Of a stretch of 64,000 nt of DNA, positions 22,001 to 28,664 are shown piece by piece. The notes below the pieces were generated by a model that had not been told where the DNA came from, did no database searches, and saw nothing but the letters and a program-made list of their open reading frames with translations. Origin of the DNA: a virus (taxonomy: Duplodnaviria; Caudoviricetes). Both the position numbers and the translations under genes were made by a program. The stretch is from positions 8,980 through 72,979 of IMG/VR virus record IMGVR_UViG_3300010944_000263; one strand, given 5' to 3'. The first letter of the stretch is position 1, and each line of letters begins with the position of its first letter.

Positions 22001-25000
22001 CTACCTCTTTCTGCTTCGCCTTAGATTCTTCTTTTTCAGCGTCAGCAAGCAGTCTTGCCAACTCTTTTTCTCGGCTAATCAAACGATCATCAACAACTCG
22101 CCCTTGAGCTGCAATTTTCTGCCTAACAGAATCGAGCATCCCTCGAATTTTTGAAACAGACATTCCATCGTCGTTCTTTTTTGCTGGTGCGTCAGAGATT
22201 TTCTCTGCTGGTTTCACTAATTCAGCAACGGCAAAATACTTTCCTGGATCTTGCATCGCCTCTTCGAACGTGACGTTCTCTTTCTTTCCAGCGCCGCCAG
22301 CCGCATTACGCAAGTAAAACGAAACGTTGTCTCTACCAAACTCTGCACCGAGAGCGCCAAGAGCAGCAGGATTCGTAAAGTGCCCAGAAACTTGACGAGG
22401 CTTGTATTGCTTCGACTTCTCGACGACCGAACGCAACAGGCTCCTGCCTGATCCCTTTTTGGCTCCCTTCTGCGCAGCAAACATGTCGATGTATATTTGC
22501 GACGTATCGCCATCGAAACGCAACGTCGCTTCAGCCTTACCTACTCCTGTGCTCTCAACCTTCAATCCATACGTGTCGCTGTCGTACTGAACCCAATCAG
22601 ACTTGTTTTTGGCGACAGGCTCTACTTCTTGACCTCCGCGATCTGGAACTGAACTAGCAACAGGCTTTGCCTCTTTCTTGGGTTTCATCTTGACCATCTG
22701 GTCGGCAGTTTGCGTAACCATTCGAGCTCCAATGACAAGCTCGTACGTTCCGTCTGAACGCTTTTTGGTGATTTTCGCCTTCTTCTCATCTGACCATGGA
22801 ACGCCAACTTCTTCGCCAACTTCAAACGTAGCGTCTGGAGCTTGCAATGTGCTTTTAGGAACAGTGCGATACTTGGTGTCACCATCCAGGGAAACAACCA
22901 CATTGTCGCCATCAAGGACCTTGAAGATTGAACCTACGCTGTCTTCTAACTTTTCTCCTGATGCTGTCGTTTGAGCGGGAACGAACACTCGTTCGTCTCG
23001 CTTCCATTGCTTCGCAGAAGCAGGAACGATTTCTGGCTTCTGTTCCGACGAGTACTTGCTCGCTAGCTTGTTCAAATTCTCAAGACCGACCTTCTTGTCC
23101 GTCTCGAAATCTCCGGTCATACCTGCGCTGATTGACCGCAAGTCCTCAACTGATCGAACAACACCACGCTCTTGCCCCTTGAGAGCCAATTGCTCGAACA
23201 ACGGAGGCTTAGCCATCTTCTTGAGGCTTCCGCTTTGCAGATCATTCCAAATCTTGTCGTACATTCCATCGACAACTCCAGCCCCAGCAGACTGCATCGA
23301 TTTGGAAATCTCTTCGGAAGGCATAGCTTGAGACGCAGCAGGTGGAGTTGTACCACCTTGCTGCTCTGTTGCTTGCCTTGCTTTGAGGCGTGCCTTTACT
23401 TCTTCTTCGAACCGCAGCCTTTTCGCTTCATCGATTTGTCCATCGCCTTGCCCGACTTGGGTTTCGACTGGCTGCTCTTGCTGCCCTTGTGACTCGCTTT
23501 GTTGTCGTACGCCATTATCAACTCCTTCAGTAGTGATGGGCTGTTGCCCAGGAATTGGCGGCACAGTACCGCCTTGTGTTGTCTGACCTGCAACCGCCGC
23601 TCGGCTTTGCTCCCAGGCTTGTACACGCTCAGCTTCTTCTGGCGCTCGCTTAAACAACGCACGGTCGCCAAGAACGATTTCAGCCCACTTGTGAGCACTT
23701 GGTCGAGTCTCGAGCGATGCAATGCGAGACATCTGCTCTGGCGTCAACGGAGGCTGACCAGGAATCGCAGGAGGTTGCACCGGGGGAGCCGTGGGTGGTT
23801 GTGACGGAGCAGGAGGTTGTATCGGCGTAGGAGGAGCCGCGGCAGGCATCGGAGGAGGAGATGGCTGAACGGGAGCAACGGGAGGCATTCGAGATGCTTC
23901 CTCGGGAGTTTTTGACAGCGTGTCAGCACTTTGTTCACTGGGAATTTGTTGGTTTCCAGTGAAATCACTATACGCCGATTGCGCAGCTTCGCCTGTCCCA
24001 AACAGACCGCCAACGACCGCTCCTTGGGCGCCAGCCTCAGCCCACTTCATAAAGTTCTCTTTGGTGAGAATCTTCGCTTTGGGATCGTTTATTCTCGCAT
24101 TCACATCGCCAAGGAACTCTTGGAATCCTTCCTGAACTCCTTCTTCGCCGGCATTTCTCACCGCGTCCCACAAATAGCCAGCAGCCATTCGAGGACCAGA
24201 CTTACGAGCCACTTCCGCAGCAGCCGTTTTGCCAATGAACATTCGCAAACCGGACGGAACAGCACCCAACGCAGCTTCGGAAACACCGGAAATCTGACCG
24301 AGCGCCAACGCACTCACTGGATTGTCGATTCCCTTTTCCTTCTGTTCACCCCACATGCCACCGCCTTCATGCAGCGCCGTGGTTTGCGAGACAGCAACAC
24401 CAGCACCAACCTTTTTAGCGACAGTGTTCCTGACAGACTGCTCAGCCATTTGCTCAGCAGCTTCTTTCGCAATCCCTTTCTTGATGTACTGCTCAGCGAC
24501 TTCACCGATGGCTTTTTTGATAGCCGCCTTGCTGAACATACCAGCGATCGCACCAATTGGAGCCGTAACAACGTCTCCAGGATCCGGACCAGGAACCAGC
24601 ATTGCACCCGCAGCAGCACCAGCAGCACCGCTGATTGCAGATTCAGCCAATGACGGAGCCGCAGCACCAAGAGCACCAGCAGCCCACTTGCCCATGTTGC
24701 CAGCGCTGCCAAATGCACCAGATTTAGGGTCTGCAGAAAAAAACTTGTCCACCGTAGCAGGATTCTCAGACGCTTGACGCATCTCCTGCTCGTATTTCTT
24801 AAATCGATAACTAGCCTCTACGGGATCTCCGATGGCAGACTGCCCAAGACCAATTGCGCCTTGCAAAGTCCCCTGCATCGAATCAATCCCTCGCGACAAC
24901 CCTCGCATGAACTCATTGCGACCCGAGGTATTATCTGCAGCCTTTGCCTTAGCCTCTCTTTCTCGCCTTGCCTTGGCAAGCATGACAGACAATTCGTAAG

Positions 25001-25037
25001 CATCAAGCTGTTCGGATTCGCTCTGACCATCTGCCAT
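10002..25037 (-). CDS. Giant polyvalent virion/ejection protein (5011 aa), DarB-like: GNAT-like, DdrB/ParB-like, N6-adenine methyltransferase, SNF2 helicase, zincin peptidase
   Basis: MTase motif I LEPSFGIGNF and motif IV NVPF (~18.8-19.8 kb); helicase HEVGTGKT, VDEAH, TGTP, QRNGRGFRQGN (~15.6-17.5 kb); HEIAH (~13.95 kb); SPIDGPPIL..VLGGNARSM (~21.6 kb). Confidence 0.9.
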   Translation of the reverse strand: MADGQSESEQLDAYELSVMLAKARREREAKAKAADNTSGRNEFMRGLSRGIDSMQGTLQGAIGLGQSAIGDPVEASYRFKKYEQEMRQASENPATVDKFFSADPKSGAFGSAGNMGKWAAGALGAAAPSLAESAISGAAGAAAGAMLVPGPDPGDVVTAPIGAIAGMFSKAAIKKAIGEVAEQYIKKGIAKEAAEQMAEQSVRNTVAKKVGAGVAVSQTTALHEGGGMWGEQKEKGIDNPVSALALGQISGVSEAALGAVPSGLRMFIGKTAAAEVARKSGPRMAAGYLWDAVRNAGEEGVQEGFQEFLGDVNARINDPKAKILTKENFMKWAEAGAQGAVVGGLFGTGEAAQSAYSDFTGNQQIPSEQSADTLSKTPEEASRMPPVAPVQPSPPPMPAAAPPTPIQPPAPSQPPTAPPVQPPAIPGQPPLTPEQMSRIASLETRPSAHKWAEIVLGDRALFKRAPEEAERVQAWEQSRAAVAGQTTQGGTVPPIPGQQPITTEGVDNGVRQQSESQGQQEQPVETQVGQGDGQIDEAKRLRFEEEVKARLKARQATEQQGGTTPPAASQAMPSEEISKSMQSAGAGVVDGMYDKIWNDLQSGSLKKMAKPPLFEQLALKGQERGVVRSVEDLRSISAGMTGDFETDKKVGLENLNKLASKYSSEQKPEIVPASAKQWKRDERVFVPAQTTASGEKLEDSVGSIFKVLDGDNVVVSLDGDTKYRTVPKSTLQAPDATFEVGEEVGVPWSDEKKAKITKKRSDGTYELVIGARMVTQTADQMVKMKPKKEAKPVASSVPDRGGQEVEPVAKNKSDWVQYDSDTYGLKVESTGVGKAEATLRFDGDTSQIYIDMFAAQKGAKKGSGRSLLRSVVEKSKQYKPRQVSGHFTNPAALGALGAEFGRDNVSFYLRNAAGGAGKKENVTFEEAMQDPGKYFAVAELVKPAEKISDAPAKKNDDGMSVSKIRGMLDSVRQKIAAQGRVVDDRLISREKELARLLADAEKEESKAKQKEVGDESETRQEPKQSSAGTVGQDRVPISEFGVKGKSTAVITADGKTRKATYYAIEAEKLIPSHDARRNFARNEGALENERPYHDPKQGADSRETVEKISKVLPDKVSLLTSDTQSPIDGPPILDEFGAVLGGNARSMGMQLAYSGKQAARLKSHIQSEAEKFGIDQKDIGKLKEPVIVRVLDEVFDKTTISSLLNEALSASKSQATDAVSQAKRVSEGTVDLIAGILASDDTLSLRDAMANPKHADRIVRALVKDGAWTTKQTDRYVDPVTSDLNSDGKSAIEQLLTAKAIPDATVLGDAAPSVKQKVLSAIGPLAKGMADKKHGKQLLSDLLEAVQAYDGYVADRKAGGSLQSYFMDQQQLIAGPGYRNYSAAGLVHALYEMSPTKFRNAMKDLIGALGIGEKTASLFSDMNQTFESLPEAIKSVIDPPLNDIPVSQSTRVLTLDDAADDVLAEILAEEKPKKRTGRKDGKAPAAKKPLGEKLTGKKRPKKEPIDTEAAAKAAALKAANDAMKQFASDIRSLKAQKPDPDVLLQSIPAETIDRDSLKKIVQVSLLYVRAGKDTFGAYVDAIVENFGSDFAREFAPYMEAGWRALERQKIVSDPAISVIDYLGEKADGTRTEMGEPDQERTGRSNADREKSGSAATSGTLEGEQPANGEKAGGARDSGGLRDSNAESVQSGRDATGDGREVGNVGSGTDVPGGVDVGSGETGGDGFTKPGDGAGIDLAPKSSRPNFHLTNPDIILGRGLKDKFARNVRALELSQELEESGRAPTQEELETIASYIGWGAFGQELFQGNWNNPKVKKDWESENEWLREHLGEEEWRSAQESIPNAHYTDPEVVVGMWEMLRRMGFRGGRFLEPSFGIGNFAAMMPRDIMDRTNFTAIELDKATARMAKMLYPQINVQQKGYQDSRTPNDFYDVTATNVPFGNYKIHDRMYRMPYSIHNYFFRKAIDQTKPGGIMAFVTSNMTMDGKDEAKLLRKQLSDRGDLIAAFRFPTGAFERYAKTKVVADLIIIRKRKDGESPSSVNQEWIDVIEMDTPSGQKVDVNNYWKLHPENVLGTINYGNGTTSGRPGMIVDKPSDLAERWQKAIESVPENILNTERTANEGRERANEKKLRQNTVIHQGDELYIAKGEQLMPLKEYVNWYRAGSKPETVKKIRDEMVSLLKVRDSLEQVLELQGRGEDAAEQRKQLNQFYDAFIGKYGPITESKAIGYLKASGDAIANAVASLEMKTANGEYEKRPVFTKTTVRQPPRVNEKLNPIDAFALARNNSVDIDWDAVAKSAQMPKADVIAVLEKEGLIYKTGEDLYDAADVFLSGNMARKIRQLEAAKNEGVNGLERSIEAAKSVMPEPLVYNQIQVSMGAPWIPAEDYTQFVADLLGEDPKNTRVLKAIRGWKVDFAGSVNNSPAVVTHGHMEVPFSKMVSAAMNNGRVSVFYKDAEGNNVKDEEATFEANAKIDELKDKFKDWIWQTPDRIARLSQAYNEDHRSVATPDWNKVKVPLLFEGLALQRGEDPFSLRKHQEAAVWRGIVSGKGLYAHEVGTGKTLTMAALAIESRRLRLANKPVLFAHNANSQAVYREAQEAYPGAKILYVDNLDSKNKGQAMASIATEDWDLIVIPHSLVDKLKMRPETLEKLLQEQMDQLEAAALEAFNEDDSPFKGSMPENLDNIDDDDLKKLKQRTAKELVKERLRLRERIREAQADSASESTIFIEDMGVDMLMVDEAHIFKKIPIATRQQVKGLNKQSSNIGNSLMLLSDYIRGTQNGRGVFLFTGTPVTNTLNEIYNMQRFIMPDEMQAVGVKDWDGWFNTFATAETSDELSVGGTYEEFVRLTSFVNLPELRASIGQYMDTVFGSDMPEFVPRPTKDGRIEEGEPVVGRPYKEVHNETLQMMPIQKLMSENLKERYRTLKQATGKAKFELLRTREYMPLVLNSEGVKLALDPRLMDGVDASLVDPRDPRLKINKMLVNAMDYYYSHPKATQMIFMEMGHKDSAKRVVGRDNDGKPITENVKIFNLGKEIKRRLMEEGVPESEIALFSNMNKEQRAEAARAMNRGEIRFAIGGTETLGTGVNAQENLVAMHHLDAPWMPGALEQRNGRGFRQGNRWNTVHEHRYLTEGPQDGRRWQVLLTKDRFINRFMHHKGDERIIDMSDVDMDEEGEGDFEATFSAAVGDPRIQQRFRLEREIVKLKEAKDRHYRTIQDSLWEAHKQKTGDIPRLTREIDDLSAIQKAYQDSRPQKSESGKSVEPTMVLSDLIKVADKNISGAEAITDALEMIVERYGRTQSTEDRVKASDKRKVAEYRGVSIFISGGQLHAEKMLLEINPSFASMDGVLRNVGKRIDARKAEKAKKESFVKSADESAKLPFVRQQQLDAKVAKLKALVAELESNPEGSSFWFRNIAPIGTSIFVKKRKRPAVPQAMADMQAELYRERVTGEESSDGAKFELEEHAVSGYRSDTHVLYEDGVDTVAVRADKVLDEQGEPIFKNLEELRSFHKNPDLGNKLSDLPADLAQMESGDVDSTIEKQAIDIAMAAMDANINSFDKLVAYSVKSLGERRTREIGPYLRLVAQIAGFAGVRSTSDVLGTPGVTREQVFSMARAAFPSSSLSDEQINAALDIMERVGLSFDKVGFAPFGSPVPKKLEEMALQGGGDYIKGWTSFISATRAIIGATDKADVSTFIHEIAHPLRRFLLNRRVPQSERAGITDSEIIALEKEIGVENGVWKVENEEKFAKMWEQYWFEGIDPPSSGLKGLFQKIARWMQGVYRNIQQITGGPLPSEVRALFDKLVQRSGDIESADSLSKNDDFVTSIKNEVVNELRFRRGVPGLVDVASETQEEWLEAAETMLRNDPMLGDRLVKEINQKARNLSNIEVAVMQLHYRQVTNQLIKASDRLIKAKDNGDSLASAQALTDTDIIQNALAEIEEAAKAAGREWGRAGVARQIELAKDFSSVALIRKARVANAGNALNEEQLAKIRELAARVAELEGDLAKANQEKLDLERQRNVDAQIEDSKKKGGRIPEAIRKKAVDKLTSFKNKFASVFALSSADDTGSLYATEDEMMASEAKSVVQAYVDLGVFSLGEFLANIRKDLGAELPVSVRAAFATAWKELSENGDIPVPAMDKGDTRGLSRLAKQIERSLVEAGITERDDVLQGVWESLQEIDPEISKRETMDALSGYGQYSPPSDNEYDKIIADINAQLLQLSKLQDMEAGIAPAKTGFGRQEPSNELRDLIREVNQEKRNGKYRVTDENTQLKTAIGAAKTALRNRIYDLDRAVNVTKQPIAGSQKRDLAGKDTELDNLRKKRNELMADYKAMFPKPEATMDQRIAATNRVLDRVIADLEKQLRTGEFNAKKQAQPISTPELDAKRARIEALRAQRDSLVGVRKRTPEQIEKAYKANLLKQIADYKERIAKSEFDPKPRKEVRILSQEELDLKRELADVKDQFYRMASDYRLANMSPRERAWDYIKETAHLSRALMTSIDASAVFRQGGTVAFGHPMMAKAVAKDMYRAMLSKSSEFKTAEEIRKDDLYQFAITAGLQITEEEGKITKQEEAYMGRWARDGIGAQGTWLNDKSKIALWPVAASARGYMTFLNGIRFQLFKHLIANLGRGGQVTADEAKVIAMYINAATGRSDLGPMMRWAEQMNMVFFAPRFVASRFQYLGLPLWLLGSRKVSGRVKKAIALEYARHAAGVMSFLGLTVALGRLLGGDDEEEKPTVSLDLRSSDLLKLKFGETRIDPMSGLSQVIVLASRIATGKRVRDDGTVVSLRGEDEQYASSGVPGVVGNFLRSKLAPIPGAVFDIAAEENVVGQTMTPYSSIVNLFFPLSIREIRETAESRGIPQGALITLLSLHGMGASTYGPESKYRTATPEKRKELFEKDLKRMKFDSPDPQYKEYLTREQLTQISRRREEKQQSLVYAASTVPNRKAAKSVESFNQSVSEQKAAIESLKRSGITLTEARRLLIKHWESTYGSAKEMRGGVPVYKAALSDRLQQLRKVFSR
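13602..13614. repeat. TGACA-N3-TGTCA palindrome copy 2 (intragenic)
   Basis: TTTTTTGACAGGCTGTCAGCACTTT. Confidence 0.85.
19832..20158 (-). CDS. Nested +1-frame ORF (108 aa) inside the giant gene, TnpV-like
   Basis: TAGGAG SD 9 nt before ATG; LLEHWRENSPQMVKRLEEQGILEDY resembles TnpV-type proteins; host frame here is a low-complexity G/D/S linker. Confidence 0.6.
   Translation of the reverse strand: MVLEQRWVSQIKKELAEATLTEKNPEVQQLLEHWRENSPQMVKRLEEQGILEDYAIVTRSRFNQDVMRLVTEEKLAMSEAELMCREVLMLDPEKPEEMDSPSQEMEQE
21830..21997 (-). CDS. Possible nested +1-frame ORF (55 aa) inside the giant gene
   Basis: GAGGT SD 5 nt before ATG; MSQKQDKNQSSQVQEQWDKIESRYRSLVSKESPRQLLQRMERLEK... Confidence 0.3.
   Translation of the reverse strand: MSQKQDKNQSSQVQEQWDKIESRYRSLVSKESPRQLLQRMERLEKQHTTQSKPKS
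23396..23515 (-). CDS. Nested +1-frame small basic protein (39 aa) inside the giant gene
   Basis: AAGGAG SD 6 nt before ATG; MAYDNKASHKGSKSSQSKPKSGKAMDKSMKRKGCGSKKK. Confidence 0.5.
   Translation of the reverse strand: MAYDNKASHKGSKSSQSKPKSGKAMDKSMKRKGCGSKKK
23913..23925. repeat. TGACA-N3-TGTCA palindrome copy 3 (intragenic)
   Basis: TTTTTGACAGCGTGTCAGCACTTT. Confidence 0.85.
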
Positions 25038-25058
25038 TATCTATGTTTCCTTGCGAGT

Positions 25059-27017
25059 TTATTGTTTAACAGGCTTCCAAGCGTCTCTTTTTTCGTCAGC
25101 CATTCTGTCCTGGAATCCGCCAGTAATGCTACTTTCGAAATTCTTCTGCAGCTTGTCAGTGTACTTCCTGGCTAAGATTTGATTATAGACATATTCCTCG
25201 GCATCGCTGCGGGACATTTTCCCTTTCATCGCAACGTGCGAAATCACCTCATCCATGGTCGGCATTTTCTGGAAGGCTCGAACGCTCGCTCTGGAGTCAA
25301 ACATACCCATTTCGTCCCAGAGAGTATTCAGCACGCCTTGCTCTATTTGTGGACCACCAGTTGATTTCCTAGAAGGCTTCTTACCTACAGCCGCCTCTCG
25401 AATTTCTTCGTACATTTTCTTGGAGGTCTTTCCACTGCCAGAGACTATCGCCGAAACGTAATCTTGGTCGTCAATTTCTCCGAGCTCTCGCTTGACTCGA
25501 AGCTCAGCCAATATATCGGCAGCTTCAGTAACCATTCCCGACTTGGCTTTCTTTCTGGCAACGCCTACAAGCTCTGTAGGCGGTATAGACATTTCTAATA
25601 AATCAAGAACTTTGATGGCATCAGGATTGTTCGCAGAAGCCTCTGCCAGTAAAGCAGAAACATTCTCTCTTGCCCCCATCTTCTTTCTTATTTCGGTCTT
25701 CTGCTCTTGAGTGCCTGATTCGAACGTTTTCAACGCTTCTCCAATAATTCCAGCAATTAGAGGCCGCGTCTGCTGTGGCTGAGCCACAACTGCTGACGAA
25801 TTGCCAGCAGCAAGCGGCTGCGCAGCTGGCACCGCAGAAGCGGCGACGCCCTGAGGAACTCCGGCCGAAACCATGCCAGCTCTGTCTGTCGGCATCGTCG
25901 CAGGAGGAGTCACCGGAGCCTGAGCCTGACCTTGCGGGAAGCCGTTTTCTACCAATGCTTCGCGTCCAAGCTGCGACATCGCCATCATCTCGGTATCTGG
26001 GAACGTATCCAAGACATTGCCAACGGTCTGCATAACCGCTGGAGATACTGTTCTTGCAGGAGGAGCCACCGGAGCCCCCTGAGGCGCCCCAGGAGCGGCA
26101 AGCTGAGCTCCTTGAGCCATAGGCGAACCAGCCTTAGGAAACATGCTATCTTGGAGATTATAGTCTTGCATAACCATCTCCATAGCAGCTTTCTTCATAG
26201 CCTCCCTGGATTCAAAAAACGGCATCTCACCAGAATCTACAAGATCTTGCAGTTCTGATTCTTTTGCCGCGACAGCGCTCGCAAACTCCTTTCGGTTAGC
26301 ATCGTAATACGCCTGCGCTGGTGTCAACTGAGGCTGGTTAGCGGCTTCTGTCATCCACTCCTTTCCAGTCCTGACGTCCTTAACAACGAACTGAGTGCCA
26401 TCAGGGTACTTCGATGGATCTACATACCCTCCGCCACTTGGAAGACGATGCACCAAGTTTTCGTTTTCACGCTCGTACAAAGGCTTCACAGGAGGTATTT
26501 GCTCAAGAGCACTGGACACTCTTTCGTAGTACGGATTCGCAAATTCCACAGCCTGCGGTTCATCAAAAGCTTTTCCCCGAATTGCAGCAGCTCCTCCAAC
26601 CAACCGAAGCAACTCCTGCCTTACGGGAGCAGGAAGATCTTCACGTGACAATGCGTTTTGCGCCATCTTGGTCGTCATGTCGATCCGAGAATCAAAACCA
26701 GCCTGCTGCCTCTCTCGCTCCATATTCTGGAGACCAAACTCGCGAGCCTCTTTAGCTTGCTTTGCTCGAAAGTCTTGGTCTTGCTCTTGCCTCATCCTTG
26801 ACAAAAGATCGTTCTTGAAGTCTCGATCTTCTTGCCAAGCATTTTGCATCTGCTGCTTTTGCATGTCGAACGCGCGGTCCTGCATGGCATTCATCTGATC
26901 CATGTCGTACTTGCGCTGCTGCTGGACGAGCTGTTGCCCATACTTTCGCCGCTCAGAGCCGCCCGAAGCCAAATTAGCGCCGAGTGCGGCAACGTCGTGT
27001 CTTAGTCGTATTGCCAT
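25059..27017 (-). CDS. Putative internal virion/ejection protein (652 aa)
   Basis: Q/A/P-rich helical protein directly upstream of the giant gene; function inferred from position. Confidence 0.6.
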   Translation of the reverse strand: MAIRLRHDVAALGANLASGGSERRKYGQQLVQQQRKYDMDQMNAMQDRAFDMQKQQMQNAWQEDRDFKNDLLSRMRQEQDQDFRAKQAKEAREFGLQNMERERQQAGFDSRIDMTTKMAQNALSREDLPAPVRQELLRLVGGAAAIRGKAFDEPQAVEFANPYYERVSSALEQIPPVKPLYERENENLVHRLPSGGGYVDPSKYPDGTQFVVKDVRTGKEWMTEAANQPQLTPAQAYYDANRKEFASAVAAKESELQDLVDSGEMPFFESREAMKKAAMEMVMQDYNLQDSMFPKAGSPMAQGAQLAAPGAPQGAPVAPPARTVSPAVMQTVGNVLDTFPDTEMMAMSQLGREALVENGFPQGQAQAPVTPPATMPTDRAGMVSAGVPQGVAASAVPAAQPLAAGNSSAVVAQPQQTRPLIAGIIGEALKTFESGTQEQKTEIRKKMGARENVSALLAEASANNPDAIKVLDLLEMSIPPTELVGVARKKAKSGMVTEAADILAELRVKRELGEIDDQDYVSAIVSGSGKTSKKMYEEIREAAVGKKPSRKSTGGPQIEQGVLNTLWDEMGMFDSRASVRAFQKMPTMDEVISHVAMKGKMSRSDAEEYVYNQILARKYTDKLQKNFESSITGGFQDRMADEKRDAWKPVKQ

Positions 27018-27085
27018 TGATCTTTTCCTTGCTTTTCAAATTTCGCGAAAACAAACACGCAACGAGAATTGACACAGCAACGCAG

Positions 27086-27451
27086 CTACATCGCGTACTC
27101 AAAAACAAACCTTTCCGCTGACCAAACTTCTTTTTCGAGCCTATGCGAAACTTCATTGTGCGCCTTAAACGTCCACCAAAAAAATTTCTCTCGGCTTGAA
27201 AAATCTGGAGGGTTGTCTCGCTTAAACCTAAGCCAATGATTCCAGCAGGCGCTACATGGAACACTAACAGACTCCCACTCAACAAACCACGATTCAATTC
27301 TACTCCAATCTTCGACAACCCAGGCAGAACGATGTAAAGTTTCCCACCCAGGAATCATGCCTCCAGGAGTGCGTATCAACCCACTGCCTCTCCACCCAGG
27401 AGGAGGAGGGTACTCTAAGAAAGGGTTATTGACCAATCTTCTGTCCACCAA
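27086..27451 (-). CDS. Erv1/Alr-family FAD-linked sulfhydryl oxidase
   Basis: W..LH, PCSACWNHW (CxxC), W....HNEVSHRLEK pattern of the Erv/ALR fold; start uncertain (27451 or 27358). Confidence 0.75.
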   Translation of the reverse strand: MVDRRLVNNPFLEYPPPPGWRGSGLIRTPGGMIPGWETLHRSAWVVEDWSRIESWFVEWESVSVPCSACWNHWLRFKRDNPPDFSSREKFFWWTFKAHNEVSHRLEKEVWSAERFVFEYAM

Positions 27452-28656
27452 TTCATAACGACATTGCTGCCATACTCATAGCTAGTGGGAACATCCTGTG
27501 TTACTGTCGTGACCGTAGTGATACTCTCAAAATCCGGATCAGACGGAGTAAGGACATTTACGGTTCCGCTTGTTGGAAATGCTGTTCCAGAAGGAACTCC
27601 ATCTGGACACCGAGGGTAAGGGTAAGGCCAAAACCCACCGAGGATCGATCCCGTCAAGCATCCCGAAGGCGTCTGAAACTTGACGGCCGGAGAAAGGCCG
27701 GATGGGAAGACATGCGTCCCAACCAAACTGCACTGATTACCGTCTAAATAAATAGTTCTTTCTGCAAACTCAATATTACAATTCGCCATCTGAAAAAGAG
27801 TTTGCCAAAAGTTGATCGTTGTGCCGGCGCTGCAGTCAAAGCAATTGTCCGCCCCGACTGCTGTCAAATAAGCTGGCTCCGCTGGAGGCGTAGCCGACCC
27901 GAATTGCCAAAAATCTATATCCGCCCCAGTTGATTTGAGTCCGCAAGTTCCAAGATCAGATCGAAATCCGGTGAACGTACTGTTGCCAACAATCGTATTT
28001 CTCCTGCGATAATACGGACGATCTTGATCCCCAAGATCAAAGACATAAGAAGAAAACCTAGCAATGTCCTTGTACCAAACCTTTGCAGTCAAAGCAATTT
28101 TAGGCACGCCTTCAATTTCTACCCAGCACGCTTTAAGGTAAACGCCAATCAAAAAACGCTGAGCTACATACGATCTTTTATCTACCATTCCCTCGTAAAT
28201 AGTCGTAGTCGGCCCAACTATGTCAGACTGAGAACCTTTGCAAAGAGCGCTTGCTCTCCAATGAAAAGTAGGCTGCGAAACTGTTGTCACTCCGTCAGTG
28301 TAACGATAGTGATAATAAACAGGCGTAGACGAAACCAAAGAAGGAGCCATGGCAGCAGCAGCCCAACAGCACGTAGGCTCATTGATCGTCGAAAGAATAG
28401 TTCGCGCCGCCGGAGACAAATAGTCTGGGCTAGGTATTGGAGGCCAACGGCACGAAGCATTGTTTGAGTTTATAGGAGGCGTAATATCGTACCCAGCCGT
28501 AGTAAAGCCAGAAGTGACGTAATTAACTACCGGACGAATCTGACCACCAATAAAAGACACAGGATGCAAACCGTCTGGTGAAGAAAAATCAAGAGTAGAG
28601 ATTGCCGGATCAGGCAACCTGCAACAACCGCCGCAGCAACAATTCCACCATGTCAT
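27415..28656 (-). CDS. Cysteine-rich putative tail/structural protein (413 aa)
   Basis: N-terminus WWNCCCGGCC, many further Cys, beta-rich composition; tail-gene context. Confidence 0.6.
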   Translation of the reverse strand: MTWWNCCCGGCCRLPDPAISTLDFSSPDGLHPVSFIGGQIRPVVNYVTSGFTTAGYDITPPINSNNASCRWPPIPSPDYLSPAARTILSTINEPTCCWAAAAMAPSLVSSTPVYYHYRYTDGVTTVSQPTFHWRASALCKGSQSDIVGPTTTIYEGMVDKRSYVAQRFLIGVYLKACWVEIEGVPKIALTAKVWYKDIARFSSYVFDLGDQDRPYYRRRNTIVGNSTFTGFRSDLGTCGLKSTGADIDFWQFGSATPPAEPAYLTAVGADNCFDCSAGTTINFWQTLFQMANCNIEFAERTIYLDGNQCSLVGTHVFPSGLSPAVKFQTPSGCLTGSILGGFWPYPYPRCPDGVPSGTAFPTSGTVNVLTPSDPDFESITTVTTVTQDVPTSYEYGSNVVMNWWTEDWSITLS

Positions 28657-28664
28657 AACTGCCT

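Noticed and set aside
22217-22915. Other minus-strand alternative-frame ORFs in the giant gene (22217-22513, 22685-22915, 11774-11995, 24314-24718)
   Set aside because: No convincing SD, and compositions typical of off-frame noise.
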